64,000 bases of DNA from Octopus sinensis (taxonomy: Eukaryota). A program made the position numbers and the translations under genes. The stretch is from contig NC_042999.1 of assembly GCF_006345805.1 (NCBI RefSeq), positions 165,540,001-165,604,000 of the forward strand, written 5' to 3'. Below, one piece after another: positions 63,239-64,000 of the stretch (positions are counted from its first letter, which is position 1; every line of letters begins with the position of its first letter). Under the pieces are notes generated by a model, which made no database searches, had not been told where the DNA came from, and was given only the letters and a program-made list of their open reading frames with translations.

Positions 63239-64000
63239 GTTAGCAGGCTGGGCAAGACGCTTATTGGCATTTTGTCCTTTGTTAGCAGGCTGGGCAAGAC
63301 GCTTATTGGCATTTTGTCCCTTTGTTAGCAGGCTGGGCAAGACGCTTATGGCATTTTGTCCCTTTGTTAGCAGGCTGGGCAAGACGCTTATTGGCATTTT
63401 GTCCCTTGTTAGCAGGCTGGGCAAGACGCTTATTGGCATTTTGTCCCTTTGTTAGCAGGCTGGGCAAGACGCTTATTGGCATTTTGTCCCTTTGTTAGCA
63501 GGCTGGGCAAGACGCTTATTGGCATTTTGTCCCTTTGTTAGCAGGTGGGCAAGACGCTTATTGGCATTTTGTCCCTTTGTTAGCAGGCTGGGCAAGACGC
63601 TTATTGGCATTTTGTCCCTTTGTAGCAGGCTGGGCAAGACGCTTATTGGCATTTTGTCCCTTTGTTAGCAGGCTGGGCAAGACGCTTATTGGCATTTTGT
63701 CCCTTTGTTAGCAGGCTGGGCAAGACGCTTATTGGCATTTTGTCCCTTTGTTAGCAGGCTGGGCAAGACGCTTATTGGCATTTTGTCCCTTTGTTAGCAG
63801 GCTGGGCAAGACGCTTATTGGCATTTTGTCCCTTGTTAGCAGGCTGGGCAAGACGCTTATTGGCATTTTGTCCCTTTGTTAGCAGGCTGGGCAAGACGCT
63901 TATTGGCATTTTGTCCCTTTGTTAGCAGGCTGGGCAAGACGCTTATTGGCATTTTGTCCCTTTGTTAGCAGGCTGGGCAAGACGCTTATTGGCATTTTGT
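63239..64000 (+). repeat. Second array of the 43-bp satellite (runs off the window, about 18 units visible)
   Basis: Same unit, preceded by a copy of 59753-60275. Confidence 0.95.

Noticed and set aside
60276-64000. CRISPR-like appearance and repeated ORFs (MPISVLPSLL.., MLAGWARRLL..) in the 43-bp arrays
   Set aside because: The units are contiguous with no unique spacers, there are no cas genes, the context is eukaryotic, and the ORFs are by-products of the repeat.

Overview
AT-rich, microsatellite-dense animal genomic DNA. The SINE, RTE and MITE families look like those of Octopus (cephalopod) genomes; this is recognition from memory, not a database match. Only one convincing host CDS is present: an intronless 265-aa four-transmembrane protein (20188-20985, minus) with a strong upstream splice acceptor. 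The rest is mostly mobile DNA: two tRNA-like SINE families, a 5'-truncated RTE LINE (21.7-23.9 kb), a 3-kb CR1-type LINE fragment (53.0-56.0 kb), decayed mariner, hAT, RTE and Penelope-like RT remnants, and several MITEs. The least expected signal is a set of short non-coding modules, usually embedded in (TA)n tracts and often preceded by an inverted copy of themselves. These carry minimal type I hammerhead ribozyme (HHR) folds: 8 motifs in about 6 sequence families, with recurrent core variants (U4C in four families, a G3-C8 swap in one). They are most simply read as non-autonomous Penelope-like/retrozyme elements. Also present are several long near-perfect palindromes (up to 1.67 kb) and a 43-bp satellite amplified from inside a SINE head, lying within a ~3-kb duplication at the window end. 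All folds and alignments were done by eye.
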